63,988 nt of DNA, filler included, from an uncultured bacterium (GCA_964371695.1; 4 parts of 4 records of this genome joined end to end with filler, not necessarily neighbours in it); one strand, 5' to 3'. Positions 20,807 through 32,001 are shown, counted from the whole stretch's first letter. The notes: generated by a model from the letters alone, not told the origin. Numbers and translations: made by a program.

Positions 20807-20866
20807 CGCTATCGCCTTTGCTCGGCCAGATGCCCCAATGGGCATCTGGAAAGATTCCTCGCAAAC
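20807..20866. repeat. Palindromic repeat family D (CCAGATGCCCATTGGGGCATCTGG core)
   Basis: Near-identical ~60-bp copies at 24283-24341 and 55971-56030 in the opposite orientation. Confidence 0.85.
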
Positions 20867-20922
20867 TCCTGGCCTCTGGCGCCAGATTCTGCCAAGAGGC
20901 TCTTGGAAATGCGCCAGGGTTT

Positions 20923-22194
20923 TTGCGGCTGGCCCTGCTGGCATGGGCGTGCCTTTTCGCGCCCCGCCCCGCCCTGGCGGCCAAAACACTGCGCGCCCCC
21001 AGTGGCAAGGTGCTGGCGGACGTGCTCTTGAAGGGCATCCGCGGCAGCACGGTGGATTTCCCCGGCACACTCTGCGCCAACCGCTCCGCCAACGCCGAGG
21101 TGGCCAAGGTCAGCTTCAAGCAGGTGCGGCTCATCAAGCAGTCCAAACCCCAAAAACGCGACGGCATGACGCTGCTGCCGGTGCGGCTGAAACTGCAAGG
21201 CTCCTGCGCTGCCTGGGTGGCGGGCAGCACCCACAAAACCCAGGGGCGGTTTGAGGTGGTGGGCGATTTTGACCTGCTGCCGCAAAAAGGCGGCAAGTGG
21301 AAGGTGGAACTGCGGCGGTGGCATCCGGTGACGCTCAAGGTGAAGGCGCTGGGCAAACCGCCTGCTAAAAAACCGGCCAGAAAACCGGCGGCCAAAAACA
21401 AACCGGCGCTTTCGCCCAGCAAAAAGGCGGTGAAAAAACCGGCCCTCTCTGATGCCCAGCGTCTGGCCCGCGCCACGCAGGACGCCCTGCTGCTGGCGGC
21501 CACCCGCGGCCTGCTGCAAAAAGTGCATGACGAACAGGAAGCCCTGCTGCGGCTGGCGATCGCCACGGTGTCGGACTACACCTTTCGCCAGACCCTTTCG
21601 GCCAAAAACGAGGCCACCCTGCCCATCGCGGCGCGGGAGTTCGCCTTTCGGCTGAACACCGATCACGTGGTGATCATGGACGACCGGGCGCGGGTGCTGG
21701 CCCATGTCACCACCAACCGCAGCAAGTCGGGCGAGGAGCGCTTCGCCAAAGGCAAATACAAAAAGGGCAAGCGCCTGCCGGTGCATTACAAACTGGCCCA
21801 GCAGGCCATAGACACCCAGCAGGCTTTCAAGACCCTCAGCCTGGGGCCGGGCCGTGAAATGAAAGCCGCCGTGATTGTGGCGGTGCCGGGGCCGGTGAGT
21901 TATGGCGCGCTCATGTTGCAGAACAAGATTGGCCAAGACGTGGCCCGGTCGCTCAAGGGCGTGTTCATGGTGCATTTTGTGCTGGCCAAAGACAAAATCC
22001 TGCTCAGCAGCACCCTGGCCAAAAACGACCGCACGGCATTGCAGGCGTTGTGGAAAAAAAGCCTGCGCACAAGCATGGCGCGCGCCCAGCGCGAGGCCCA
22101 CACCCTGCGGCTGAATGGCCGCCTGTGGCGGGCGCGTTACATTGGCCTGGGCGAGGGCTTCGCCGCCCTGGCGCTGTCGCCGCTGGCGAAGTAG
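20923..22194 (+). CDS. Exported basic hypothetical protein with Lys/Pro/Ala linker and possible Cache-like C-terminal domain
   Basis: Signal-peptide-like LRLALLAWACLFAPRPALA; KKPA repeats; start uncertain (the upstream part of the 20212 ORF overlaps hemC and repeats). Confidence 0.5.
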   Translation: MRLALLAWACLFAPRPALAAKTLRAPSGKVLADVLLKGIRGSTVDFPGTLCANRSANAEVAKVSFKQVRLIKQSKPQKRDGMTLLPVRLKLQGSCAAWVAGSTHKTQGRFEVVGDFDLLPQKGGKWKVELRRWHPVTLKVKALGKPPAKKPARKPAAKNKPALSPSKKAVKKPALSDAQRLARATQDALLLAATRGLLQKVHDEQEALLRLAIATVSDYTFRQTLSAKNEATLPIAAREFAFRLNTDHVVIMDDRARVLAHVTTNRSKSGEERFAKGKYKKGKRLPVHYKLAQQAIDTQQAFKTLSLGPGREMKAAVIVAVPGPVSYGALMLQNKIGQDVARSLKGVFMVHFVLAKDKILLSSTLAKNDRTALQALWKKSLRTSMARAQREAHTLRLNGRLWRARYIGLGEGFAALALSPLAK

Positions 22195-22199
22195 AAAGC

Positions 22200-22361
22200 A
22201 TGGCGACGGCGGAAAGTTATCTGGCGCTGATGGACCGGCTGGAACGTGCGGAGTTTGTCCAGGCGGTGCGTCAGGGTCTGGAAGATGAACAGAACGGCCG
22301 CTTGCTGGATGCCCGGCAGTCCCTGGCCGCCCTTCGGGAGAAGCTTGCCGTTTCGGGTTGA
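22200..22361 (+). pseudogene. Phd/YefM-like antitoxin C-terminal remnant followed by a truncated toxin start
   Basis: AESYLALMDRLERAEFVQAVRQGLEDEQNGR resembles type II antitoxin C-termini; overlapping TTG-PFRVE at 22345 runs into a repeat. Confidence 0.55.
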
Positions 22362-22519
22362 GAAAGGCTCAGGAGGGACTTTTTCAACACCCCGTCAAAC
22401 ACCATCCCAAAAAGACCTTCGAGACGAGTTCTGGTCAGTCGCCCCGCCCACCCTGCTAATATGGTCATCCCCGATTTGGGGACCACCATCATGATCTGTT
22501 TCATCCACAGGAGCGCCCC

Positions 22520-24115
22520 ATGAACCGGCTGAAGGCAGCCGAGGGCGTGGACATGGCCGTGCTGGACAAGGCCATTGCCCAGTTGGGGCTGCTTTATCCC
22601 GACGGTGTGGACCTGCCCGCGCTGGAGCTGGTGATCTCTGAAAAACTCGCGCCCGAAGAATATCTGGCCCAGGAAAACACCCGTGGCTGGACGCTGGTGG
22701 GGGGCAGCCCTTCGGCCCTGCGTCAGGCGGTGCTGCGGGTGGCGCGGCGGTCCAAGGCGGGTTTGGAGCCTTTTCCCCTGCCCGAAGTGCCCGCCGATCA
22801 GTTGGCGGTGCGCGGCGTGGTGGAGGGGTTCTATGGCCCCCTGTGGCAAAGCGAAGACCGCCAAGCCGTGATGCGCACGGTGGCCCGTTTTGGCGGCACC
22901 CACTATCTCTATGGCCCCAAGGCAGACAAATCCCTGCGTGAGCACTGGCGCGAGCCGTTCAAACCGGCAGCGCTGGAGGCGATTCTCACCGATGCGCGCC
23001 ACGCCACCCTGCTGGGGCTGGTGTTTGGCGTGGGCATTTCGCCGGGCCTGGACGTGGTGTATGACGACCCCGCAGAGCAGGAACGGCTGGTGGAGAAACT
23101 CCTGCCCCTGTTGCAGGCGGGTTACACCACCGTGGGGGTTTTTCTGGACGATCTGGACCCCAGCCGCAACGGAGCCTATGACCGCAACCAGTTCGAGAAT
23201 CTTTCCCACGCCCAGGCGTTTTTTCTGGGTGGTGTGTTGCGGCACCTGAGGGGGCGCAACTGGCACGGTCAACTGGTGGTGTGTCCCACCCGTTATCACG
23301 GCAACCCCCGGCACAATCAATACACCACCGGTTTTGGGGCACATGTGCCCGCCGAGGTGGTGCGGTTGTGGACGGGGCCGAAAATCTGTTCCAGCCACAT
23401 CGGCATCCGCCACACCCAGGCCGCCGCGCAGGCCATGAACGGCCCCCTGCTGTATTGGGACAACTACCCCGTGAACGACGCCAGCATGGTGGACGACCCC
23501 CACCTTGGCCCCCTGCAAAACCGCTCGCCCTATCTGGGGCGTTATTGCCTGGGGGCGTTGTATAACCCGGCGGTGCAGGCCCACAGCGGCCGCATTGCGC
23601 TCGGAACCTGCATGAACTACGCCCATGGCCCGCACCTTTACACACCCGAAGAAAGCTGGGAGTGGGCCGTGTGCCTGGAGGCGGGGCCGGAGTGGCTGGA
23701 GCCGTTGCGCCTGCTGCGGGCCTATTCGGGCCGTTCGCCGTGGCAAAAAGAAATCAGCCCCGACATGGCCCGCCACGCCGACATTGTGGGGCGTTATGGC
23801 GTGCAGGCCGAAAGCGCCACGTTGTGGCACCTGGAATCGTTCCGTCAGGACGCTCACACGGTGCTGCGGTTTTTCGACCACCACAAGGCCCACCCCATTG
23901 CCAAAGACCTGGCCCCGTGGGTCAAGCGTCTGGGTCTGTTCGAGCGCGCCGCCCACGAATTGTTGGACGCCCTGGCGGGCCACCGACTGGCTCGGAACAT
24001 GGAGGTGGTGATGGCGCACCTGATGCAGGCGAATCGCGCCCCCGCCAACACCTGCTCCAACCACCTGCTCACCGCCACACAAAACCTGCTGCGCCAGATG
24101 ACCGAATTGCCGTAG
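22520..24115 (+). CDS. GH84 O-GlcNAcase / beta-N-acetylglucosaminidase
   Basis: RGVVEGFYG, YLYGPK, FLDD (catalytic DD), LWTGP, WDNYPVND; SD AGGAG. Confidence 0.9.
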   Translation: MNRLKAAEGVDMAVLDKAIAQLGLLYPDGVDLPALELVISEKLAPEEYLAQENTRGWTLVGGSPSALRQAVLRVARRSKAGLEPFPLPEVPADQLAVRGVVEGFYGPLWQSEDRQAVMRTVARFGGTHYLYGPKADKSLREHWREPFKPAALEAILTDARHATLLGLVFGVGISPGLDVVYDDPAEQERLVEKLLPLLQAGYTTVGVFLDDLDPSRNGAYDRNQFENLSHAQAFFLGGVLRHLRGRNWHGQLVVCPTRYHGNPRHNQYTTGFGAHVPAEVVRLWTGPKICSSHIGIRHTQAAAQAMNGPLLYWDNYPVNDASMVDDPHLGPLQNRSPYLGRYCLGALYNPAVQAHSGRIALGTCMNYAHGPHLYTPEESWEWAVCLEAGPEWLEPLRLLRAYSGRSPWQKEISPDMARHADIVGRYGVQAESATLWHLESFRQDAHTVLRFFDHHKAHPIAKDLAPWVKRLGLFERAAHELLDALAGHRLARNMEVVMAHLMQANRAPANTCSNHLLTATQNLLRQMTELP

Positions 24116-24171
24116 CCGCACAGAAAAAATGGGCGTGTTTCTGGGTGTGCGAGCATTCCTGCCTGTTTTTT

Positions 24172-24357
24172 GGAGTAGGCGCGACGCCCTCGTCGCGCCA
24201 CAATCACCTTGGAGTAGGCGCGGTGTCCCCACCGCGCACAGACCAAAAGAAAATCAGGGGTGTTTGCCATTTGCGGCGGTAGTTTGCGAGGAGTCTTTCC
24301 AGATGCCCATTGGGGCATCTGGCCGAGCAAAGGCGATAGCGACACCGCGCCTACTCC
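24172..24357. repeat. GTAG-type REP cluster, family C (GGAGTAGGCGCGGTGTCCCCACCGCGC)
   Basis: GTAG followed by a palindrome, in inverted doublets; further copies at 31921-31980, 35771-35859, 44582-44670, 49345-49374, 52789-52860 and 55923-56046. Confidence 0.9.
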
Positions 24358-24379
24358 TTTTGGTCGGGAAGGCGGGCCC

Positions 24380-25840
24380 TCAGTTGTTCGATATCGTCAG
24401 CGTTTGCGTGGCGCCATTGGCGTAGTTGATGGTGAGCGAGGTGCCCACAATCGTGAAGGTGGCCAGTGTGGCCCCCGTGCTGGCGAACTTCAGGGTGCCG
24501 CTGCTGTTGCCGTCGCTGCTCACGGTGTAGGTGCCCGTGAGCGCCGGTGTGCTGCTGGTGGCGCTGATTTCAAAGTTCACCGTACCCGCATAGGCGATGG
24601 TGGTCTGTTGGTTGGCCGTCACCGCCGTGCCCGAAAGCGACGAGGGGTTGCGGAAGGTAAGTGTGCCGCTGTTTGTCGAACTGTGGGCCGAGCCATCTGC
24701 AATGGTGAGCGTGCCCAGGGCCTCTCCCTGGCCGCTGGCATAAAAATAAGCGCCGCTCGCGCCGTTGAGCGTGAAGGGACCGGAAAAGGGAGACGTGTCG
24801 CCGGGCGGCGTGCCCGCCAGCGTAACGGTGAACCGCCCCTGCGAGGTCATGACAAACTGGTTGGTGGCCAGCGTGAGCGCGCCGTTGAACAGGCCCGTCA
24901 CCACAAAATCACCTGAGGTGAAAACCACCGACATGCTGATGGCGGGGCTGGTGAGTCCGCCGGTGGTGGTCATGGTTCCCTGATAGGTGATCGTGCCCGA
25001 ACCCATCTGGCATTCGTTGCCCGTGGGGGTGGAAACCGTCACCGAGCCGGACACCGTGTGGTTGCCCGGTGAATCACCATGAAAGACGATGCTGCCGGTG
25101 TATTGGCAGCCGCCCTGCTGTGTGTTGTTGACGGTCACGGTGCGGTCCTGGCCGGTGAGGGGCAGGGCGGCGGCGGCCCGCGAGGTGTTGGCCGTGCTGG
25201 CGGCGGTGGAATACAGCCCCAGCACCTCGCCATAAATCGAGGCCACATCGCTGGCGGTGCGGGTGTTCTCCCGCGCCATTTCCACAGGATTCCTGGCCGA
25301 GGACACGTTGAAAACCAGGATGTTGGACGTGATGCTGCCGCTGGTGGCGGTGACGTTGGGGCTGGGGCTGGATTCCTGCACCCCCGTGGCCAGGCCGGTG
25401 GCGCTGATGGAGACGTTGGACACCGGTGTCCACGACACTGTGCTGGTGCAGTCCTGCGTGCTCTGGTTGCTGAAGGTGCAGGTGGCGGTGAGCTGCTGGG
25501 TCTGGCCGATGTAAAGGTTGGCGCTGGTGGGGGACACGGCGATGCTGCTGAGCGTGGGGCCGCACTGCGCGCCGGAAAACTGTCCCTGGGCAATGGCCAG
25601 CAGTTTCCACACGTCCCCCACATTGGGAGACCCCCCCGATCCGTCAAAATCACACAGGCCGCCCGCGCAGATTCCGTCTTGTCCCGACACCACGATGTCC
25701 GCCAGGGCGCGCACGTCGTCTTCGGTGGACTCGGTGCTGCTGCCCGCGCCATCCAGGTTACAGGTGAGGGCCTGCGCCCCCTGCACTGTCACCAGAAAAG
25801 AAACCAGCATTGCCCAAAGAACCATCCGTGACTTCGACAT
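24380..25840 (-). CDS. Secreted Ser/Thr-rich protein with dockerin-like and Ig-like (Big_2) domains
   Basis: Signal peptide; paired CNLDGAG / CDFDGSG...NVGDV; LSSIAVSPTSANLYIGQTQQLTAT; beta-rich C-terminus. Confidence 0.7.
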   Translation of the reverse strand: MSKSRMVLWAMLVSFLVTVQGAQALTCNLDGAGSSTESTEDDVRALADIVVSGQDGICAGGLCDFDGSGGSPNVGDVWKLLAIAQGQFSGAQCGPTLSSIAVSPTSANLYIGQTQQLTATCTFSNQSTQDCTSTVSWTPVSNVSISATGLATGVQESSPSPNVTATSGSITSNILVFNVSSARNPVEMARENTRTASDVASIYGEVLGLYSTAASTANTSRAAAALPLTGQDRTVTVNNTQQGGCQYTGSIVFHGDSPGNHTVSGSVTVSTPTGNECQMGSGTITYQGTMTTTGGLTSPAISMSVVFTSGDFVVTGLFNGALTLATNQFVMTSQGRFTVTLAGTPPGDTSPFSGPFTLNGASGAYFYASGQGEALGTLTIADGSAHSSTNSGTLTFRNPSSLSGTAVTANQQTTIAYAGTVNFEISATSSTPALTGTYTVSSDGNSSGTLKFASTGATLATFTIVGTSLTINYANGATQTLTISNN

Positions 25841-25892
25841 AACCGTTCACCTCGTGGCGGAAGTATAAGCGCCTGCTTCAGAATTTTGTTGC

Positions 25893-26099
25893 AGAGCCTG
25901 TTTTAAACACAGCGACATAAAAAATGCCGCATCCTTGAGAAACAGGCCGATGGGGAGGGAGGGCTTTTCCAATACCCTCTCCCATCTGACGACGGGAGAG
26001 GGTAAAGAGCGGCGAGAAACCTCTACCGTATTCGGCATGATTTACGTCGCCATGTATAAAAGTGGTTGTGCGAAACATAGGCCGCTTCAAGCAGGCTCT
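25893..26099. mobile_element. MITE-like element with AGAGCCTG(T/C)TT termini containing a family B hairpin
   Basis: AGAGCCTGTTT...AAGCAGGCTCT; same termini at 46086-46141; internal 25975-26002 repeated at 37607-37634. Confidence 0.65.
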
Positions 26100-26216
26100 T
26101 GCCGTCATGGTTTTAACTGGGCATTTCCACCATAAACCGGTTTCATTCGGCTGAAAACAGGTTTACGCTTGTCGTTCTTATCCAAAAAAACCACCCGGTT
26201 CAAAAAGGAGATTCCC

Positions 26217-26759
26217 ATGCACGGTGTTGTGTTTTCCATGTTGCGGAAATATGTGACCGACAGTGGCGGCAGCGCCGCCTGGGACGGGTTGCTGCAAGAG
26301 GCCGGATTGTCGGGCAAGACCTTTCTGGCGGTGTCGCTTTATCCCGATGAAGACATTCTGGCTCTGGTGGGGGCCGCCAGCCGCCTCAACGCCGTGAGCG
26401 CCGACACGGTGCTGGAGGGTTTCGGCAAATTTCTCGCGCCGGAACTGATGGGTGTGTACAGCAGTCTGGTGAAATCCGAATGGGGACCGCTGGATTTTCT
26501 GGAAAACGTGGAAGGGACCATTCACAAGGTGGTGCGCCTGAAAAACCCCGGCGCGGAACCGGCCCGGCTGAAATGCGAGCGTAAGGGGCCCCAAGAAATC
26601 GTCATCACCTACACCTCCCCCCGCCATTTGTGCTCGTTGGCCACGGGCATGATGCATGGCGTGGGAGACCGTTATGGCAAAACCCTCGCCGTCACCGAAA
26701 CCTCCTGCATGAAAAAAGGCGACGCCGCCTGTGTGCTGAACTGCACTGAAAAAGCCTGA
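26217..26759 (+). CDS. H-NOX/V4R family heme-NO-binding protein
   Basis: MHGVVF start, Y-P-D motif, proximal His (TIHKVV), YxSxR (YTSPR), C-terminal CMKKGDAAC; SD AAGGAG. Confidence 0.85.
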   Translation: MHGVVFSMLRKYVTDSGGSAAWDGLLQEAGLSGKTFLAVSLYPDEDILALVGAASRLNAVSADTVLEGFGKFLAPELMGVYSSLVKSEWGPLDFLENVEGTIHKVVRLKNPGAEPARLKCERKGPQEIVITYTSPRHLCSLATGMMHGVGDRYGKTLAVTETSCMKKGDAACVLNCTEKA

Positions 26760-26797
26760 ACCTTTCTCATCAGCCCGCCAAGCACTATCCTGCCGCC

Positions 26798-28378
26798 ATG
26801 GCGGCCACCGGCTCTGGCAAAAAGAAACCCTCTCCCCGCAAAACTCCTGAGAAAAAAGCCGGTTTTGTGTGGTTGGTGGGGGCGGGGCCAGGAGACCCCG
26901 GCCTGCTCACGCTCAAGGCGAAACAGGTGCTGGAAGAAGCCGACGTGGTGTTTTATGACCGCTTGGTAAACCCCGCCATCCTTGGCCACGCCCACCCGGC
27001 GGCTCGCCTGATCGACGTGGGCAAGGCCCCCAAAAAACACAAAGCCACGCAAGAGGACATCAACGCCCTTTTGGTGCGCGAAGGCCAGCGGGGCAAAAAA
27101 GTGGTGCGCCTGAAGGGCGGCGATCCCTACATTTTTGGCCGGGGGGGCGAAGAGGCGTTGGCGCTGATTGCCGCCGGTGTGCCGTTCGCCGAAGTGCCGG
27201 GCATCACCAGCGCCGTGGCGGCGCCGGCCTATGGCGGCGTGCCGGTGACACACCGCAACGTGGCCACCAGCCTCACCATCGTCACCGCCCACGAAATGCC
27301 CGGCAAAGAGACCACCCAGCTCAACTGGAGGGCACTGGCCAGCCTGTGCGCCACCGGCGGCACACTGGTTTTTCTGATGGGTGTGGAGCGCCTGGAGCAG
27401 GTGTGCGCCATGTTGCAGAAACACGGCCTGAAGGCTGCCACGCCCGCCGCGCTGGTTTATCGCGGCACCTGGCCAGAACAGCGATCGTTGCGGGCCACGG
27501 TGGATACGCTGGCCAAGCGGGCGCGGGAAGAAAACTTCAGGCCCCCCAGCGTCACGGTCATCGGCCCCGTGGCGGGCCTGCCCGAAAGCCTCAACTGGTT
27601 CGAGCACCGGCCCCTGTTTGGCAAAACCGTGGTCATCACCCGCGCCCGCGAGCAGGCCAGCGTGCTGGGTCAAAAGCTGGCGGCACTGGGGGCCACGGTG
27701 GTGGAACTGCCCAGCATCCAGATACGGTTTCGGGAGGACGATCTGTTCAGGTCGCTGAAACCGGCGGCCTTTGATCACCTGCTGTTCACCAGCGCCAACG
27801 GCGTGAAGGCGGTGGTGGAAAACCTGCGCCGCCACGGGCGGGACATCCGCACACTGGCCGGGCCAGACATCGGCGCCATCGGCCCCGCCACGGCGGCGGC
27901 CTGTCAGGCCGTGGGCCTGCGGGTGAATGAAATGCCCGACACCTTTGTGGCCGAGTCCCTGCTGGCGCTGTATCCGCCCAAAAAAGCCAAAGGCAAATCA
28001 TTCCTGCTGTTGCGGGCGCAAGAGGCCCGCGACGTGCTGGTCACGGGTCTGCGCAGTCGGGGCGCGACGGTGAAGGAAGTGGCGGTGTATGACACGCTGC
28101 CCGCCGCGCCCGACAAAACCGCCCTGGCCACCCTGCGCGAACACGGGGCAGACGCGGTGACCTTCACCGCCAGCAGCACGGTGCGGCACTTTCACGACAT
28201 GGCCCGGCGGCTGAAACTGATGGGCGTGCTGAAAACCGCCGCCTTCATCAGCATCGGCCCCATCACCTCGGCCACCATGCAGGAACTGGGCCTGCCCCTC
28301 AGCGGCGAAGCCACAGAAAGCACCATGGAGGGTGTGGTGCAGGCGGTGGTGGCAGCACTGGGAGGAAAAAGGAAATAA
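26798..28378 (+). CDS. cobA-hemD: Uroporphyrinogen-III C-methyltransferase / uroporphyrinogen-III synthase fusion
   Basis: LVGAGPGDPGLLT, RLKGGDPYIFGRGGEE, then VITRAREQ, FTSANGV, FTASSTV. Confidence 0.95.
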   Translation: MAATGSGKKKPSPRKTPEKKAGFVWLVGAGPGDPGLLTLKAKQVLEEADVVFYDRLVNPAILGHAHPAARLIDVGKAPKKHKATQEDINALLVREGQRGKKVVRLKGGDPYIFGRGGEEALALIAAGVPFAEVPGITSAVAAPAYGGVPVTHRNVATSLTIVTAHEMPGKETTQLNWRALASLCATGGTLVFLMGVERLEQVCAMLQKHGLKAATPAALVYRGTWPEQRSLRATVDTLAKRAREENFRPPSVTVIGPVAGLPESLNWFEHRPLFGKTVVITRAREQASVLGQKLAALGATVVELPSIQIRFREDDLFRSLKPAAFDHLLFTSANGVKAVVENLRRHGRDIRTLAGPDIGAIGPATAAACQAVGLRVNEMPDTFVAESLLALYPPKKAKGKSFLLLRAQEARDVLVTGLRSRGATVKEVAVYDTLPAAPDKTALATLREHGADAVTFTASSTVRHFHDMARRLKLMGVLKTAAFISIGPITSATMQELGLPLSGEATESTMEGVVQAVVAALGGKRK

Positions 28379-28454
28379 CCCGCTTTTCCTGCAAATTTCT
28401 TATAGGGTGTGGTCTCTATAATTTTGCCGGATAGATGCACAATGTTGGAATATT

Positions 28455-29132
28455 CTATCTTTTTCTTAAATCCTCGGCAAGAACGCGTATCCCTTCCGCA
28501 ACATTTTTTAACGCAGTGTCTAAACTACTGGCCGATTTCACTGCCAAAGCGCCGTCGGGTAAAGCCTGAAATTTCCCAATAGGCGTGTGCTTCCAAAGAC
28601 AGTCCCGGAGAATGATAGGAACTATGGTGGCTCCACCTTCTTCATTTAGTTCAATTGCCCTCTCAAATTCTTTTTCGTAACAGAATTCAGAATTTAAAAA
28701 ATCAACACTAACCAATAGAAGTATTAATTTTGAACCTTCCAATTTTTCAGCTATCTTTGTATCCCATTTGTCTCCCGCTTTGATTTCTCCATCATGCCAA
28801 CATTTTATCAAGTTTAACCGTTCAAGGGGCTTTAAGTGTGCCAAGAGCATCTTTTTTAGTTCCATATCGATATGAGAGTAAGAAACAAACGCCGCAAAGG
28901 GCTTGTCTTCTGTATTTGAGGCCAAACAAACACTTCCGCCTTTGCCAGTGCCTTTCTTAATCTGATTCTCTTCCAGCAACTGATACCTTATTCGTTCGTA
29001 CTTGCGATCATCCCAGCTAAGGCTCGTCTTCAGTCTCAGGTTTGAAACATGTGGCGCGTCTGCGTTTGGGGTAAGGTCTTTTAGCTTATCTAAAAAAATC
29101 TGTTTTTCTGTTCTTCTTGTTCTTTTTGACAT
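28455..29132 (-). CDS. TIR-domain protein with N-terminal winged-helix-like region (AT-rich)
   Basis: FVSYSHID, WHD, LLLVSVDFLNSEFCYEKE, IVPIILRDC; AT-rich relative to flanks. Confidence 0.88.
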   Translation of the reverse strand: MSKRTRRTEKQIFLDKLKDLTPNADAPHVSNLRLKTSLSWDDRKYERIRYQLLEENQIKKGTGKGGSVCLASNTEDKPFAAFVSYSHIDMELKKMLLAHLKPLERLNLIKCWHDGEIKAGDKWDTKIAEKLEGSKLILLLVSVDFLNSEFCYEKEFERAIELNEEGGATIVPIILRDCLWKHTPIGKFQALPDGALAVKSASSLDTALKNVAEGIRVLAEDLRKR

Positions 29133-29329
29133 CACATGCCCTTTCAATGCGATATGCAGCAACTCTTAAGTCGGAGTAATTTCGAATGGCCGGAAAACGT
29201 AAAATAAATTGAGACTGCATGGAATTCTTTTATGCCCAACAATTGGTTTAGCTTAAGCAAAACTATGTTTAGTTTGGCACAAAAGGGGGGAGGCTGTCAA
29301 CTACACCATTTCCGATCACAAAGCACACC

Positions 29330-30316
29330 CTACATCCCCACACCCTTCCACCATGGGCTGATCCGCAGGGGTTTCAGGGCCGGGTCGGTGAGGGCCTGGG
29401 TGCGGAAGGTTTTGTCCAGCGTCACCGCCCGTTTCAGCGGCGCAGCGGCCTCTTTGAATTTGCCCAGGCGCGTGAGCGCCACCGCCGACTGATAGTGGTA
29501 ATAGGCGTTGCGCGGGTCAGCCTGTGCGGCCCGCTGGGCAAAACGCGCCATGGCGGCGGTGTCGTTCTGCTCCTGCGCCGCGGCGAACAGATAGGCCCAG
29601 CCCTCCAGCACCGAGGGTTTCCGTTCCACCACCGGCAGCAGGGCGTTTTTCACACAGGGGTTATCCCCCGTGAGCGAGCACAACACCCCCAGCGCCAGCC
29701 CCACGCCATAACTCTTGGGGCGGCCCGTGCGCAGGCGTTCCAGCAGGGCGCGGGCGGTGGCAAAGTCCGGGTTCTGGTTTTGCAGGGCCAGAGCCAGTTC
29801 CAGTTGGGCGGCCTCAGAGGCCCCCCGCTGCACTGCCTGGGAAAGCGCCAGACGGGCCTCCAGCGGGCGAGTCTGGCCGGTGAGGCCCAGTGTGGTCCAT
29901 GCGGCGATTTCTTCTTCGGTGGGCGCGGCCACGCCCGATTTGTCCAGACCAAACCACACCCGGCTCTGGGCATACCAGTCGCCCAGGCCCCGGCCCCGCA
30001 GGTTGAGCCGCCGCGCCGCGCCACCACTCAGCGCACCGCCAAACCGCCAGTTCTGCACCGTGCCGCCAAAGCCGCCGGTGAGCGCCGCCACGGCGCAGCG
30101 GCCGTCGGGCAGTGATGGCCCGGCTTCTGTTCCCGCCACCACCAGGGCGGCGTTGAGCCAGCGCCGCCAGCCCGCCATGGCCCCCGGCGATCCCATGCCC
30201 CCGGCGGCCTTCACGCTCACCCGCCCCAGGCAGGCGGCCTGGGCGGCGGGGGCGGCCCACAGACTCAGCAGGCCAAGACACAGCACACCCAGAATCAAAC
30301 GGCGTGGTCCGGCCAT
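29330..30316 (-). CDS. Exported TPR-repeat protein
   Basis: Signal peptide; C-terminal TPR motifs (DPRNAYYHYQSAVALTRLGKFKEA...ALTDPAL). Confidence 0.7.
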   Translation of the reverse strand: MAGPRRLILGVLCLGLLSLWAAPAAQAACLGRVSVKAAGGMGSPGAMAGWRRWLNAALVVAGTEAGPSLPDGRCAVAALTGGFGGTVQNWRFGGALSGGAARRLNLRGRGLGDWYAQSRVWFGLDKSGVAAPTEEEIAAWTTLGLTGQTRPLEARLALSQAVQRGASEAAQLELALALQNQNPDFATARALLERLRTGRPKSYGVGLALGVLCSLTGDNPCVKNALLPVVERKPSVLEGWAYLFAAAQEQNDTAAMARFAQRAAQADPRNAYYHYQSAVALTRLGKFKEAAAPLKRAVTLDKTFRTQALTDPALKPLRISPWWKGVGM

Positions 30317-30362
30317 TCAGTTGTCCCACGGCCACGGCGCGCCTGCCGCGACAAAATGATGA

Positions 30363-31874
<1,512 letters not shown>

Positions 31875-32001
31875 GGCGGGTTCTCAAACCCCGCCCTGGT
31901 GGCTCTTCGCTTTAAATTGAGGAGTAGGTGCGGTGTCCCCACCGCACTATTACGGCAGCGATGGGGACATCGTTGCTACTCATCTTGGGTCGAATGAATC
32001 A

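Noticed and set aside
20212-20922. N-terminal part of the 660-aa ORF
   Set aside because: Overlaps hemC in another frame and translates through repeat family D; the real gene probably starts near the signal-peptide-like segment.
24172-24357. Clustered short repeats as a possible CRISPR array
   Set aside because: Copies are inverted, irregularly spaced and dispersed between genes; there is no repeat-spacer periodicity and no cas gene.
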